Part shown: positions 23,901 through 35,290 of the stretch, piece by piece
How the letters are laid out: each line of letters begins with the position of its first letter
Numbering within the stretch: position 1 is the stretch's first letter
Assembly: GCF_052425735.1 (NCBI RefSeq)
Contig: NC_135758.1
Location: 6,820,001 to 6,884,000, forward strand
Source of the DNA: Oculina patagonica
Taxonomy: Eukaryota
DNA: 64,000 nt
Reading direction: 5' to 3'
Program-made: the position numbers and the translations under genes
Notes under the pieces: model-generated
What the model was told of the DNA's origin: nothing
What the model saw: only the letters and a program-made list of their open reading frames with translations
The model's database searches: none

Positions 23901-26632
23901 TATTTGGGGGATATATCTGTTTGTTTTATTAGAACTGGAACAGCACATTACTAGTGATCAGCAAAACACAAGCCACAAGGCAGATCACATATGCCATTTT
24001 CAAACAAGAGAGTATTTTTGCAAATAACGAAAGTCGTCACACGCTCTGTTTTAGTCATGTAATTAACAAAAGGAATCCGTCCTCTTTTAATTTGGATACA
24101 AAACGGTTTCTTGCTTTTGAGCAACTGTTGAAATACTGCTTTCATCATTTTCTAAGACGACCAATATGCAACTTACAGTCCAATATCCCCTAAGTTGCAG
24201 ACAAAACGGTTTTCTGCCCCAGGGCATCTATTTAAGTATCACTGTGGCCATAAAAACGGCAAATAGCCCACGATGCGACGATATTTTTATTCATGCCCTT
24301 TTCGCTAGCTTTGTTATGACAGACATTTTAGTCTGCACCGATCAGTTTTTAGGCGCTCTTGATAAATTAAAGCTCCATCGTGTCCTACTGTGTCAGGTAG
24401 CGTGGACAAAGACGTTTGCCGAAAAGTCTTCATTTCTTGACTTAGACCTGAGTTTTCGATTTGTAATTTTTCGATCGCAATGGATAGTATATGCTAATTA
24501 GTATGCATTTGAATGTCTGGATTTAAACGCTACGCTCTTACACTGAAACAACACAGGGCGTAACATGCCGATCGAAATCGATCATTGAAAACGTAGTCGA
24601 CAAGTCGATAGTACTCGATTTTTGTCGATAATTGTCAATCGAAAAGATTTGAAACTGAATATCGATATTTATCTACAAAAATGGAGTCGATTCTCAATCA
24701 GCTGCGAAATTAACAAACCAATAAGCTCAATCAATAGCTCAAACGGTATTTTATGGGAGAGTAAACAGCTCTAAGAAAAGTCAATCTATCCGAAGGACAA
24801 ACTCACGACATTCCAGTCTAGATGTGTAGTTTACAGAGTTCACTGCCTTGACAGCCTTGACTGCAGTTTTGCCTATTATGGACAAACGGACAGAGCAATA
24901 GCTACTCGAATTAAGGACGTTCGCGCGAAAATCTTCCAACATTGCAATTTTTCTTAAAATTTCACCAGAGCTAGTTTATCAGTTACTTTTATCAGAAATG
25001 TAAAAAAAATGGGGGTCACCGACTTCGTTCCCGAGATACGATAAGCGAAAGAGGGCGCGTATTTGGATAAATTTCACTTCGTCACTCGATATGACCTCAG
25101 CGGCTTCGGGCGACAAAATATTTTAAATGAATTGATGTAGGCTAACGTTCTTTGCCTAAATTTATTTCAGTGGGTCTATTGTACAAATATATTTCGCTTT
25201 TGAAGTCCCTTAGGGAAAATCTTGCCTTAAATAATTGGATTTGCGAAAACTCGAGGCTGGAAAATGTGACTGATTTGGTCGCGCGCGAGGGGAGAAAATG
25301 AAAAAATAACAAACTTCCAACATTGGAATTTCGCTCATTTTTTGTCAATCAGTAGAGATGTATCAGTAAAGGTGGTATATCCCGAAAAAAGTGGGGGTCA
25401 CCGACCGTTTAAGAGAGGAAACTGCAAGCGAAGTTAACGCAACGGCTATCCACCTTATATGTGTTTGGAAAGTTTTCTCAGCGCGCGCGCTCATGCATGA
25501 CGTGGCATTGACGTGCTCAGTAAGGATGCGCATAAACAATTAGCGCGAACGTCCTTAAGGAACATCAGAGAGCCGGCTCCGTGGTTGCGACGAAAACTCT
25601 AAGATCGCGCAACACGCGAACAAGTTTGGCCATGATATGGATTTCAATCATGCCGCTGTGGTGGACAGGTCAAGCGATTACCACAAGAGTCGTTTCCTAG
25701 AAGCGTGGCATTCGCAGAGGGACCGGAATGCGGGAAATGAACACATAAACATCACTGATATATATAAATCACTTACATAATGTTCCTAGTCTAGCGCAGC
25801 GCTCGCGTGTACTTGTTGTATTAGTCACTCGCGCGCGTACAAATGTGTAACCAATAAAAAAGCCGTTGCTTTTTTGGCATATTAAAAACCGAAGAAGACC
25901 GAAGGTTCTCGGTCCAAACGCCCGTGAAAAAGTACATTATGAGCGTTGTTTTACGTTCAACTAAGTCAGCGTCAGAATTTTTAAAGAGCATTTAAAGTCA
26001 ATCTGTTTGGGAATAAAGATAAATAAAAACTGAGCAACCATGCAAGTGGTTTGTTATAAGTGCTGCTGTTATTCAACGTAGAATAGGATGCTTATAACTT
26101 GGAGAAATGGTTAACATTTGTTTCTCTCAGCTGAGCTATTACAATTGTTCGACCGCGCCAGATCATGCCCGGTTTCTTTCCCTTCTAAAGACAACATATA
26201 TCTGAGAGTTTTTCGGAGATTTGATCTGAAAAGATTTATTTTGCTGCTCCTCGTGTTTATTTGAGCTTCTAATAAAGTGTACTGAATCTGGGTTAAACGA
26301 AGTCTTGAATTGCTAAAGTCGATCGGCTCCCGCTTCGTTTGTCCGCGTTCGACTGCAGTCTCTTTTTCGTATTTGATATTTGTCCATTGAAATAGATAGA
26401 TGGAAATCGTGTTGTAACATTGAAAATCGATCAAAGTCGACAATCACAGGAAATCTTATGATCAATTTTGATCGATTTCTGTTCAGTATTTGTCGATTAA
26501 TTTGTGTCGAATTCGATCGCCAACGATCGATTTTTATCGACTTTCGAAATTATTGATATGTTACGCCCTAAATAACAACAACTCACAGATATGGGCATGA
26601 ATGCAAAGAAGCTTACCTGATTCTTCGGCCAT
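20981..26632 (-). CDS. FAD-linked oxidase, FAD_binding_4 + ALO-type C-terminus (L-gulonolactone oxidase-like), copy 1; exons 26632-26617 and 22599-20981; 544 aa
   Basis: RVAGSEHS flavinylation-type motif, QTIGGFISTGS, GLFGVITHVTF, C-terminal RLHWGK and DPDQVF. Exon 1 ATGGCCGAAGAATCAG|gtaagc joins in phase 1 to ttttgtttag|CTCCTCAG, giving MAEESAPQAVPQAGRETEAK in frame with the ORF. Confidence 0.9.
24915..25554. mobile_element. Kolobok-like MITE (TTAA TSD)
   Basis: TTAA|ggacgttcgcgc ... gcgcgaacgtcc|TTAA; empty site at ~28486-28489; a related terminus (gcgaacgtccttaa) occurs at ~49105-49118. Confidence 0.85.
25889..25920 (+). ncRNA. Degenerate minimal hammerhead ribozyme-like motif at the Penelope 3' end
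   Basis: ccgaagaa + 6-bp stem gaccga/tcggtc + caaacg (CUGANGA and GAAAC expected). Confidence 0.45.
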
Positions 26633-27017
26633 GTTTGCTTGATATACGTTTCTTGCTAATTTAAATTGAAACCAAAGTCGACTTTCAAGGACACGCAGCT
26701 TTATTGAGTGCCAGCAGTAAAGAAATCGATCAGACACTCCCTAGAATTTTGTAGCCTCTGGATGATTGATGGGGCCGATGATAAACCTGTTTTTCCAGTA
26801 TTTTCAACTACAGCTACTTCGCATGGTCGACTAACCGAGCAGAATATGATTGAGACAGGAAAAGGAAGTAGTTAGTCATAACAGTTGACAGGGTCATAAC
26901 AGTTCAAGGACTGGTATGGTAATACGAAATTAAAGATTGTAATCAACCACATAATTTCCTTGCTCGGTGATCAAGACCGGGCGTCATATAATGTAACCGT
27001 CAAAAATGTAAGCGATA

Positions 27018-27537
27018 TACCTTATCACATGAAATTTTCGCGACACGTCAATTTCGCGAATTTCGCGATTCCAAAAAAATCGCGAACTGTAAAGTGACGC
27101 GAACAAAAAGTGTCGCGAATATAACATGACGCTAAAATTAAGTGACTCACATTATGTCAACACTGGAGGAAGGAATTTTCAATGTAAATGGATGTTGTCG
27201 TTATAATTGACACAAGAACAATAACTCATGCACGTACGAGGATGACCTACTTGTAGACATTCTGAGAACTGCTCTGTTGTTGCTCTCGCCCTTGCGTTTT
27301 TGTTAATTTTATCGCCCCCCCCCCTATTGTTCCTTTGACGAAGTCGTCTTATTTAATTCAAGGGCATGTTAAATAATATTGCCAAGGAAATGTAAATTGT
27401 GTTTTTCCCAAAAACGCGAAATTATAGTGATTTAATATATACAATTTTCGCAAAATCGCGAAATTTAAGTGTCGCGAAATATGCGCACCTCAAAATCGCG
27501 AAATAAACGTGTCGCGAAAATTTCATATAATAAGGTA
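27018..27537. mobile_element. Non-autonomous DNA transposon with tttcgcg subterminal repeats
   Basis: TIR taccttatcacatgaaattttcgcgacacgt / acgtgtcgcgaaaatttcatataataaggta; superfamily not assigned. Confidence 0.85.
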
Positions 27538-27562
27538 GTTAACAAACTATTTCGTCCAGTCA

Positions 27563-28513
27563 ATATGCCATTTTCAAACAAGAGAGTATTGTTGGAAATA
27601 ATGCCCAAGTCGTCACACACTTTGTATTAGAGCCAAACAATTTACAAAAGGAATCCGTCCTCTTTTAATTTGGATACAAAACGGTTTCCTGCTTTTGAGC
27701 AACTGTTGAAATACTGCTTTCATCATTTTCTAAGACGACCAATTTGCAACTCACAGTCCAATATCCCCTAAGTTGCAGACAAAACGGTTTTCTGCCCCAG
27801 GATATCTATTTAAGTATCACTGTGGCCATAAAAACGGCAAATAGCCCACAATGCGACGATATTTATATTCATGCCCTTTTTGCTAGCTCCGTTATGACAG
27901 GCATTTGAGTCTGCACCGATCAGTTTTAAGGCGCTCTTTATAAATTAAAGCTCCGTCGTGTCGTACTGTGTCAGGTAGCGTCGACAAAGACGTTTGCCGA
28001 AAAGTCTTCATTCCTTGACTTAGACCTGAGTTTTCGATTTGTAATGTTTCGATCGCAATGGATAGTATATGCTAATTAGTATGCATTTGAATGTCTGGAT
28101 TTAAACGCTACATTCTTACACTCAAACAACACAGGGCGTAATAATTTTATGTCCATCGAATTCGATCATTGAAAACGTAGTCGATAAGTCGATAGTACTC
28201 GATTTTTGTCGATAATTGTCAATCGAAAAGATTTTAAACTGAATATCGATATTTATCTACAAAAATGGAGTCGATTCTCAATCAGCTGCGAAATTAACAA
28301 ACCAATAAGCTCAATCAATAGCTCGAACGGTATTTTATGGGAGCGTAAACAGCTCTAAGTAAAGTCAATCTATCCGAAGGACAAACTCACAACATTCCAG
28401 TCTAGATGTGTAGTTTACAGAGTTCACTGCCTTGACTGCAGTTTTGCCTATTATGGACAAACGGACAGAGCGATAGCTACTCGAGTTAAGGAACATCAGA
28501 GAGCAGTCCGTGT
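27563..28513. repeat. Third partial copy of oxidase intron 1 (duplicate of ~23989-24914 plus 25559-25575)
   Basis: Highly similar by eye to 23989-24914; carries the empty TTAA site of the element at 24915-25554. Confidence 0.9.
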
Positions 28514-31287
28514 TTAATCGACCTCCTTCGAGCAGCTACGAAAAACCAGCTTTTCCAGTTTGACGGCGCCTTATACGAACAGACGGATGGAGTCGTTATG
28601 GGCTCTCCTCTTGGCCCGTTGCTGGCTAACGTCTTCATGTGCTCGATTGAGGAAAACCTCGAACAACAAGGTCAACTTCCGCGGTATTACCGGAGGTACG
28701 TCGATGACACCCTGACCGTGATGCCCAATACGGTGACCGCTGGCCAGTTTCTAGACACCCTTTACTCTACCCATCCCTCCCTAAAGTTTACCATGGAGGT
28801 TGAACGGGAAGGTTCCCTTCCCTTTCTAGGAACTGAACTGCTAAACCGTGCACCTAAGATTGAGAGCAAAGTCTACATCAAAAGAACCAACACGGGTCTC
28901 CTTCTGCATTTCCAGAGACACGTCGACATTAAGTATAAGCGCAGCCTAATCAACACCATGGTGGTCGCGCTTATCGATTATCTTCTAACTGGTCATTCTT
29001 CTCCAAGGAATGTGACCGCCTTAGGGTTTTTTTTTTCATAACTTGAAATACCCAAACCACTGGTTTAAACTACAATCAAATGGTGCGCTGAGAGAAGGGT
29101 CTCAATTCAAGAGCCCTGCCCACCACCAGATGTACCATCGGAAACTGTGAGAGTAGTGCTACCCTTTAAGGACCAGTGTTCAGCTAATTATGTTAAACAA
29201 CAACTGAACAATCTAAGTTCGAAACTGAACGTAACTGTCCAACCAGTGTTTGTAAGCCCTAAGCTCGAGCAACAACTTAAGCGACACGAAATTAAGCCCC
29301 CTATTGTTAACCAACAATGTATCGTCTACCAATTCCAATGTAACCTGTGTGATGCAGGATATGTGGGGTATACACGTGGCCACTTACACGAGCGCGTAGA
29401 AGGGCACACCAGAAAGGCATCATCAATTTACAAACATTACAACCTGCAACACAATTGCGAAATACCTGAACGCTTCATCAAACAATTTTGCGTCACAAAA
29501 TGTAGCGGCAAATTTGATTGCCTCGTGAAAAGAAATGTTGTACATTCGCATGCGTAAGCCAACACTTAAGAGCGAATTTTTTTGTAGACCGCGTGAAAAC
29601 AAAAATATGCGGTACAAACTTCCAAAGTCATCTACCTTCATTTTTGGCTCAGAGATACCTTATGGTAAGTCGATAAACGTGGTGTATTTTTTTTCGTTTA
29701 AATCTATTTTAATTTTCGAGAAAATATTCAGACACTGTAACGAGTGCCCGGCGACATAAAATGGCCGAAACAAGAGCGACGAACATGGTCACAAGAACTT
29801 AGCTCATCAAAAGCGTAAATTGAAGATGACCTTTCTCAAGTTTGTATATTTGTACAGGAGACATTGACGAATGTTATGAGTCTAAAATAAGGATAATCAA
29901 CTGAACTATGAAATCCAGGCAGGCGTTTAAAAATCGCCATTTTCTCATAGTTTACAGATTTCATTTTGGAGACGTTTTTCACGAAGTACTTTTCCTATGC
30001 GGTATAACTTGGATTCGCCTGAAACTTTGGCTTTGATAAGTAGAAATGATGTACTTTTTAATTATATAACAATTTGCTCTGGGCTTTTGATTTTATCCAA
30101 GAAATAGACCGTCCTACTTCGAAGAAATCGCTCGACAGTGACTTATGTAAACAAAGCAAATAATCGAATTACGCAGTACACTTTCTCTTAATATAGCCAA
30201 AATTCGAACACAATCTTATCATCTAGCTACACACGAGTTTATTTATTAATATTTTACTCTTACCTTGCAAAAGCAGTGGTAAAACATTGTTTTTCCCCAT
30301 TCTTGACATTCTTTTGTCGGCAAATTGCACGGGCAAGCGGCTATGTTGCTTATGATACAATCAGTCGCTATTAGCAAAGGCCCTCGTAAACATGGTATTT
30401 CTTGACAATTTTAACCACATTTCAGGTTCCATACAGCCATTCGTGCAAGGGACTTGATAACACGATGAACAGATTCACTTAACGACGTTTTAAGTCTCAA
30501 ATGAGATGTTGTGAAATTCAAAGAACGGTTACATGTCATTGCTCGTGAACCCTCGTATTTGTCACGCAATGAGTCACGAACTCCCGGGGGGTGGGTGGGT
30601 ACTTTACAGGGGGCTCCCTACAAAGTCTGCATTTTTCAACTGCCATTTTTAATTTAGATACATTCGACTCCCGATAACTCGAATTCACGTTTTAAAAGTT
30701 TTCTCATGCTCTCTTGTTCGTCCACATGTGCAACCTCTCACTCGGTCATAAAAAAGCCGCTGTTTGAACTCCATTTTCCCTTTTATTTATTCAATACAAA
30801 ATAATCAAGATGTACAGACTTGAAAAAGCACTGCATCTAGCATCAACAGTACGGTAATTTGTACAGGCTTTTTTTTCCTGTTAAAATTATTATACTATTA
30901 TACGGAACCCCATCTGGGCGTGGTAAAAGCTTTTTAATTTGACCCAGGAGCCGGATACCATTTCTATGTCTTATCAATGATCTGAAGACTGCCAACAAAT
31001 CACGAGAGTATGTTTTACTTTAAGTGCAGCTCAAAACGGAACCTTTTTGGTTAAACTGACAGGCAGCCTGCCACGTCCTAAACACCCTATATGTGTGACC
31101 AAAATCCGTAACTAAACCATAATATGGGAGTTCACCCTTCCCGCTTCCAATACACAGAGGAGTCTGTCATAAACGTTTTTACTTTCATTCATTTTACTTT
31201 GGGGGGTGATCAACTTATCAGTACGAGATCACTAGGAACGTCCCGCACACTTTTAACGGGATCGCGATAATGTTCGACTGCATTCAC

Positions 31288-31436
31288 ATAGGCCTGCATA
31301 GCAGGCGTCGGAAAGGGGGGGAGGGGGAGCTGGGAAGAGGGAGAGAAAGAGGGAAAAAACGTAGGGGGTTCTTAAGGCAGGCGTTCCCTCTTCCCCGTCT
31401 TTTTCCCTCCCCTTTTTACGCCTGCCGCGCAGGCTA
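31288..31436. mobile_element. MITE (tagcctgc..gcaggcta family) with 8-bp TSD, nested in the Sola3-like element
   Basis: gcattcac at 31280-31287 and 31437-31444; TIR gcctgcatagcaggcgt / acgcctgccgcgcaggc. Confidence 0.75.
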
Positions 31437-32031
31437 GCATTCACTCGAATGCGGTGCTTCTGTTTCAGCATATTATTACGTCAGGAAAACGTTACATAAT
31501 CGACATTTGTTATCAGACGGCGCTAAGCTCGATTTTATATATATCCGTCACCACCGTTGCCAGAATTTATCAGACTAAAACAGAGAAAAAGAACAAATCA
31601 CACTGTGTTAGGTACCTCCTTTTTAAACTTAATCATATCGCATTTTATATAACCACAATATTAAACGGACTGAGAACTGACTTACAATAAACCCCTTCTA
31701 GCTCGAATTCGATGACGATAACGCTTATTCATGAACATAGCGCACTCGAGGCGTCACAGTTTCTATCCTTCGAAGCTTCACTTATTGGGTAATTTACGAT
31801 TCCGATTATAATTACATAGTTTCTGGAGGAAGAAAGTGGCATTTAAATTTTGAAAGAGTTTGGTCTTGAATATAATATTCATGAAAAATTGGAATTCCAG
31901 ACAATCGGAAATCTGGATAATCGAGGTTCGACTGTACTTTCTATAGAAAATTAACAAAAATCGCAAAGACTTACCAGACCCAGCAGGGACAAATATGCCC
32001 GTACGTCGTTCTCAAAAGCGCTTTGTTGATT

Positions 32032-32322
32032 CCCGGGGGGGGGGGGGGGGGGGGGACTCGCATATGAAAGTGACGGGGGTATAAATTTTTGATATTTGGT
32101 CGCACTTAGGGTCTTCCGCGAAAAAATAGCAATATTTTCAGCCTAAATGGTCTTGTTAAGAGTATACACGCAGAAATATACAAATAGCAATTCTATTTTT
32201 AGTTTTTTGGAGGCGTCTAGGGGTCAAGAAAAGCTAGAACCTCACCCAGATTGTTCTCTTTTAGGGGTTCTTTTCAAAATTTCTGACGAGCATCCCCGTC
32301 CGTTTCATACAGTCCCCCCGGG
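32032..32322. mobile_element. hAT-like cccggg MITE, 8-bp TSD
   Basis: TSD tgttgatt at 32024-32031 and 32323-32330; cccggg(G)n / (C)ncggg ends; internal gacgagcatccccgtc. Confidence 0.88.
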
Positions 32323-34375
32323 TGTTGATTCCGCGGTCAGACTTGCGTGATTTCCCTTCTTTGGCATGCCTCAATAATTCTGCGGGAACGCGGCACCGTT
32401 GCGAACCTCTTCTCCATCCATTGCCCAGAGAAAACCGATGAGCTGGGCAGATAGTAATGTCCGAAATATTCAAAGGTACATTGAAGATTGATGCCGCGCT
32501 AAAATGATATGAACGCAGGGGGAGTATAACAGAACTTCTTTCCGCAGCTCGACTTCGCTTATCTTGGCAGCAGTATCCCCCAACTAATCTTTGAAAAGAG
32601 TAATTGATTTCCATTCTATACTCTGTAAAATTCTCTACTCATTAAAAGCACGGATCAACAAAATAAATTATCAGTTCTTGTTTGCTTTGGAAACTATGGC
32701 GCGACGCTCATTGTATTGTTAGAGCTGCACCTAATCTAGTTTATTTTTCCTTTCTGATTTGTAAATAGAATCTCTGATATTTAAAAATGTTATTTCCACT
32801 TTGTTAAAACAAAAAAATATGTGACCCCTTTCTTTAATCCGTGCCAGACCTTGACGTTAAAACCCTCCCCAAAATAAAACCAAAAAATAAAAAAATAAAA
32901 GTTACTTCGAAAAAACAAAACAACCAAAAATACAGCTGCAGTAGTCCGTTAAAAATGCAACAACAACGGCAACAGTTACTCAGTGACCTTCCCCGTTTCA
33001 GGTTTAATAATTTTTTTTTCTATAGTATCTTTATGTGTTTTTTTTAACGTGAAAACGTACTTACATCTACATATGCCGTGACTTTTTTGAAAGGGTTTTT
33101 AGACTTTTTATTACCCCGTTTATGTGCCGTTACGTTTATATTAAGCCCCACCAAAACCACTTACGAAGTTGTATAAATCCAAGGATTATAACCGGAAGTT
33201 TACGGTATTCCTCAAAGTACATAGCCCACCAAATTTAATTCAATGGGTAACCTCCCCTCAAGTGACATATCATTGCGTGACAGATGTCAAGCCGCCATTT
33301 TCGCTCTAGTTGATCTTCTGCAAAAACAACGGCCAAAACGCGGTTTTTGAACTGTGAAGCAAGTTTCTTCTATGAATTGGCCGTTTTCACTAAATGAGGT
33401 TGGAACTGTGAAGACCGGAATGCGGTGTTTTTTTTTTTTCAAGGACCTTCTGGCAAAGTTATTGCTGATTTGAAATTCTCGGGAATTCTGAAGAATACTG
33501 TGATTTGGTAAACACCGTTCGAGTGCTGGTAACGTATTTGAAACAAAAGTAGGATACAAAGCAATCTTCAACGAATTGTTACGCCAGGTAAGCTAAATAT
33601 TGAGTTTTGGATCAAATAGGGTGTTTACTAATAAGATTTTGTCGGAATTTTGGCTTTGAGAAGGGAAAGCGTAATTCGAGCCTTATTCGATTATTTGCGG
33701 TTGTTGACAAGTCGGTGTTGTGATTTCGTCCAAATTAAAAGGGGAAGTTCTTCGTAGCAATTAAAAGCCCTAGGCTGATTTTTATACTATTAAAAAGAAC
33801 ATCATTTCCGCTTATTAAAACCCAAGTCTTAAGTGATTCTGAGTTATACCGCATAGGAAAAGAGTTCTTTTAAAAAATGCTCCAAAATGAGATTTTTAAG
33901 CAATCAAATTTTTGTAATTTTTAAACAGGCTCTAAATATTCAAATCGATCTTTGCAATACTGTTCTTAGACTCAAATCATTTGTAAATGCCTCCTTAACA
34001 AATACACAAAATCGAGAGAAGTCTGCTTTATTTTGCGCTTGTGAGCAGCATCATTCGTATGCTCTTAATCGTGGTATGAAATTCGACCATTTCATGGCAG
34101 TCGGCGGGCGTGACAGTTTTTATTTTTTTTCTGCCAAACAAAGATAGCTCTTAAAGAAAAAATCATAGCACGTTGATCGACTCACCATAAGGTATCTCTG
34201 AAAAAAAAATTGAGGGTAGGCTTGTTTAAAATTTTGTACCACCTCTCACTCGGTCACGGGAAAAATTCGCTCTTAACGTGCAAACGGATTCCATCCGCTC
34301 TAAGGTGTTCATTTAGGCTGTTCATTGTTTTATGCTTATTTTGTAGCGTTCCTTATTTGCATACTGTACAAGTCT

Positions 34376-34410
34376 CTTGATAATGGAGTCAAGATGACTC
34401 CAAAACGTCG
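34376..34410 (+). ncRNA. Degenerate minimal hammerhead ribozyme-like motif at the Penelope 3' end
   Basis: cttgataat + 7-bp stem ggagtca/tgactcc + aaaacgtc (GAAAC expected). Confidence 0.45.
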
Positions 34411-35101
34411 AGCAGTATTAAATCTTTCTTGGTTCTTCTTATATTCATTGTATTGATATTAGTATTAGTCTAGTTTTTTTAGTTTTTAGCAGTGTCCCCT
34501 AATTAGCATGGTGTATTATTCCCAGGCTATAAGGTTATGACACTTTAATAAAGTTCTCACTTACTCACTCACACTCAATTATTGCAAACATTCACTCATA
34601 ATTCACCCATTTACTCATAATATTTAAAGTGTGTTAGACTCTTTCATTCACAACTGCAAAAGTGATAATATTATACTTCCAGGGTTACATGCATGCGTTA
34701 CTAAATACATTTAGTAAATCAATCATACTTTCAATGTTCTCCACCCCTGGATGAAACCACTGGCAAGTTAAGCCATGAGTGAGATTTGCGGTTTCACTAC
34801 AAAATTATGGAAATTCAGACTTATAGCCCTCTTTCTCCCAGGTCTTAAAAGGTCTGGTAAATTTAAATCAAACAATATTTTAATCAAATTGAATCAATAC
34901 TTCATTTGAAATTTTGCTTGATCATCAAACACCGAGCATAGTCAATTGATAAACAGGTAGTTGACAAAAATCAATGAAGCAATAAAATTATTATGAGTTC
35001 AATTGCTTTTTATTGCTAAAAGAAAATCATAAGGCAGGGATAAAGTTTAAAGCTGGGAGCTTGGTAGATTAGAATACTGACTTGTTTGTTGCATGAATCT
35101 T

Positions 35102-35290
35102 AAGGTCTCCGCACACGTGGGGACATGTCGCAGGGACACTTCGTAGCGACATGTAGAAGTGACAAAATCATGCGTTGCGCACGCTGAGGAGATGTGGAAC
35201 GGTGACATGTAGCAGCAACAATATCACAATGTGTACACATGCAAGAAAATGTAGCGGAGACATGTTCCAGGGACATGTCGCAGTGAAATG
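35102..35290. mobile_element. Truncated Harbinger-like MITE next to the copy 2 breakpoint
   Basis: taa|ggtctccgcacacg start followed by repeated gggacatgtcgcag/gcgacatgt motifs; second end not found. Confidence 0.5.

Larger units (their letters stand above)
24788..25993 (+). mobile_element. 5'-truncated Penelope-like element (GIY-YIG end + 3' region), interrupted by a MITE
   Basis: Translates PKDK..CVVYRVHCLD..CSFAYYGQTDRAIATRIKEHQRA..SKIAQHA..FLEAWHS; 11-bp TSD aaagtcaatct at 24777-24787 and 25994-26004. Confidence 0.85.
24554..26570. mobile_element. hAT-like non-autonomous element in oxidase copy 1 intron
   Basis: TIR cagggcgtaacat / atgttacgcccta, many subterminal atcga/tcgat motifs at both ends; absent from copy 2 (~45810-45820). 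Confidence 0.75.
15005..26985. repeat. Tandem segmental duplication, copy 1 (GPCR + oxidase cassette)
   Basis: Starts ...ttgcgaatctcctgagaatacaatcatttctcaggcccctac (matches 35341ff) and ends ...aatcaaccacataatttccttgctcggtgatcaa (matches ~46185-46218); colinear throughout apart from TE insertions. Confidence 0.92.
29570..34272 (-). mobile_element. Sola3-like DNA transposon, internally deleted, 4703 bp
   Basis: TTAA TSD (29566-29569, 34273-34276); termini GAG...CTC (gagcgaattttt); imperfect inverted similarity over ~650 bp each side; internal degenerate Cys/His-rich coding exon at ~31975-32614 (-). Confidence 0.75.
28514..34445 (+). mobile_element. Penelope-like retroelement (RT + GIY-YIG), frameshifted, split by a 4.7 kb insertion (pieces 28514-29569 and 34273-~34445)
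   Basis: YEQTDGVVMGSPLGPLLANVFM, YRRYVDDT, FTME..LPFL; IVYQFQCNLCDAGYVGYTRGHLHERVEGH; reading frame KPTL|NVQTDSIRSKVFI* resumes after the insertion. Confidence 0.92.

Noticed and set aside
34490-34580. LINE 3' tail (aataaagttctcacttactcactcac)
   Set aside because: Plausible, but no TSD or coding remnant was found, so it is not listed as a feature.
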